Origin: Phoronis australis
Lineage: Eukaryota > Animalia > Phoronida
Direction: 5' to 3'
DNA length: 64,000 nucleotides
NCBI GenBank assembly: GCA_002633005.1
Contig: NMRA01000147.1
Coordinates: 496,001-560,000, forward strand
The notes under the pieces were generated by a model that searched no databases, was not told where the DNA came from, and was given only the letters and a program-made list of their open reading frames with translations. Numbering within the stretch: the stretch's first letter is position 1; every line of letters starts with the position of its first letter. Below are positions 62,477-64,000 of this stretch, in pieces. The translations under genes were made by a program, and so were the position numbers.

Positions 62477-64000
62477 AAGATAACTATAGAACATCACAAC
62501 AAAAGTGGTGAAGCAGCAATTGCACCGGACCCTACTCCAAGAGACCCTGGCACCTTTGTTAAGAATATATGTACCCGTCTTTCTTGCTAAATTTGACTTA
62601 AAAATTGGTAAAGGGCTCACAAAAACTACAAAAATAATTAATTATTACAGGCTATCTCATCATTACCGAGTTGGCTAATTGCACAGAATTATAGAGAAGG
62701 TCCTACATTTAACTGGGGAAGGGCCCTGCCAAGCGACCATTTCTGGTGATGGTACCGGGTAACTTCTTTTGTCCTTTCTCGTAAATTGTCCCTATTTGCC
62801 GAACTATTTTGAGCAGACTTACGAAATGTCGTTGATTACCACGATAGCAGTCCTAGGAAGAGACCATTAAAGTAATATTGTTATATTATTATATATTTAT
62901 TTTATTTATTTATCATTATTTATTTCTTTATTGACTATTAATAACTTAAATTATTTTGGTCACATATAGTCAGCATACCCCTAGAAGCATGCTGTTTACG
63001 GTGCGGTAGCTCGTGTATTAGAAATCAATGATCATCCCCGGCCACTTTGTCTGGTGTACGCGCATGCGCAGTTAAAACTGTGTTAATAGTCGACGGATTG
63101 GACACTGTGCAGCAAGTTTTGGCGTACACAAGATTTTCCTTATCTGCTGATTATTGTTAAGGCATCTTGACCGATTCTGATGAAAGTTCACACTCAGATT
63201 TATAGCTGGAATGCGAAAGCACCAATAGATTTTTGGACGAATTTAAGTGTCGTGTCAACCCGTTTTCAACAAAATATTGCTTGTCTAAAGTTATTGTCAA
63301 AACGGCTCAACATAGTTCAGCGAAAGATAGCATAGAGGTACATGGCGGAGATGTGTCGGCACCAGTCTATTTTCGTGCAAATTGTAGTTAGAGGCGAACA
63401 TTTATTTTCTATCGTAGTATGGGCTTTAGTGTCATAGTTTGAATTGTATGGCTTGGTAACCTGCTTCATAATTTGTCATAAGTGAATTTGAAGGAAACGT
63501 TCCGTTAAAGACATATTGAGCCTTATTATGTCTGCTACCTTAGAAAACCCGTTACACTCACTCACTATGTCGATTTAGTCCTATGACATTGAGGTCGTAA
63601 TTATAAACAGTTGCCTCGACACCTCATTACCCTCGAAGGCGATGTCGATTGTTTTGAGGCGGGTCTAAAACCATCAAGTCAGAAAATTAAGTCAACACTT
63701 CTCGTTTTCTGTGGTTGGAATGGATATCATGCTCGTTGTTTTTGGTTTAATAAACGGCTTCAGTTCATTCTTATGTTATTTACTTTGATGTTGGTCATTT
63801 TTTTACCCGCCACTAGGTCGGGCGTGAATATTAACTAAAGGCTGATAGTCGAGTGTGAGTCGATAAAAATGACTTTTTCTGCTTTATGAAAACTGGAGGG
63901 TATCATAAAAATTGCCCCCAGATGGACCGTGTATTCAATAAGCCTGTCAATTTTTGGGAGGAGGGAGAGACTAGACGCTGCAGGCAGGAATTCCAACTCC

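Larger units (their letters stand above)
60530..62501 (-). mobile_element. Decayed, 3'-truncated Ty3/Gypsy LTR retrotransposon (K02A2.6-like gag-pol)
   Basis: Gag from ATG 62347 (WKDYWSRF, ERFKF..RQPGESIQE), zinc knuckle CRFCHKKGHIEAVC, protease region, RT start (TPVVPIRK, LRVCGDY, KIDLVDAY); stops and frameshifts; PBS at 62357-62374; short 5' LTR ~62380-62501 beginning TGTTGTG. Confidence 0.9.

Overview
This is eukaryotic (metazoan, probably marine invertebrate) genomic DNA. It is AT-rich, gene-sparse and full of transposon debris, with GT-AG introns, single Ns at 1128, 9255 and 11821, and a gap at 27077-27187. Five intact genes can be built by hand: (1) a single-exon rhodopsin-class GPCR with an NRY motif, melatonin/Tre1/Moody-like (4931-5953, -); (2) a 4-exon GPR157-like 7TM receptor (19164-22349, +); (3) a cytosolic sulfotransferase with a 27-nt first coding exon (24883-32051, -); (4) a signal peptide-SEA-cbEGF-EGF-TM membrane protein (47351-50000, -); (5) a second GPR157-like paralogue with 3 exons (52917-57041, +). 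The rest includes a decayed Ty3/Gypsy element with a tRNA-Ser PBS, two THAP-bearing Kolobok-type elements, an Academ-like relic, L1/Tx1 and SGNH-esterase relics, tRNA-derived SINEs, many MITEs, satellites and a 1.26-kb duplication that may be an assembly artefact. I cannot support a new multi-gene system. The most unusual observations are a transposon-borne array of co-oriented CTCF-like motifs at about 150-bp spacing, a Kolobok element built from two left ends, Harbinger MITEs sharing a target sequence, and an intron present in one GPR157 paralogue but not the other. All family assignments come from motif recognition by eye, not from database searches.
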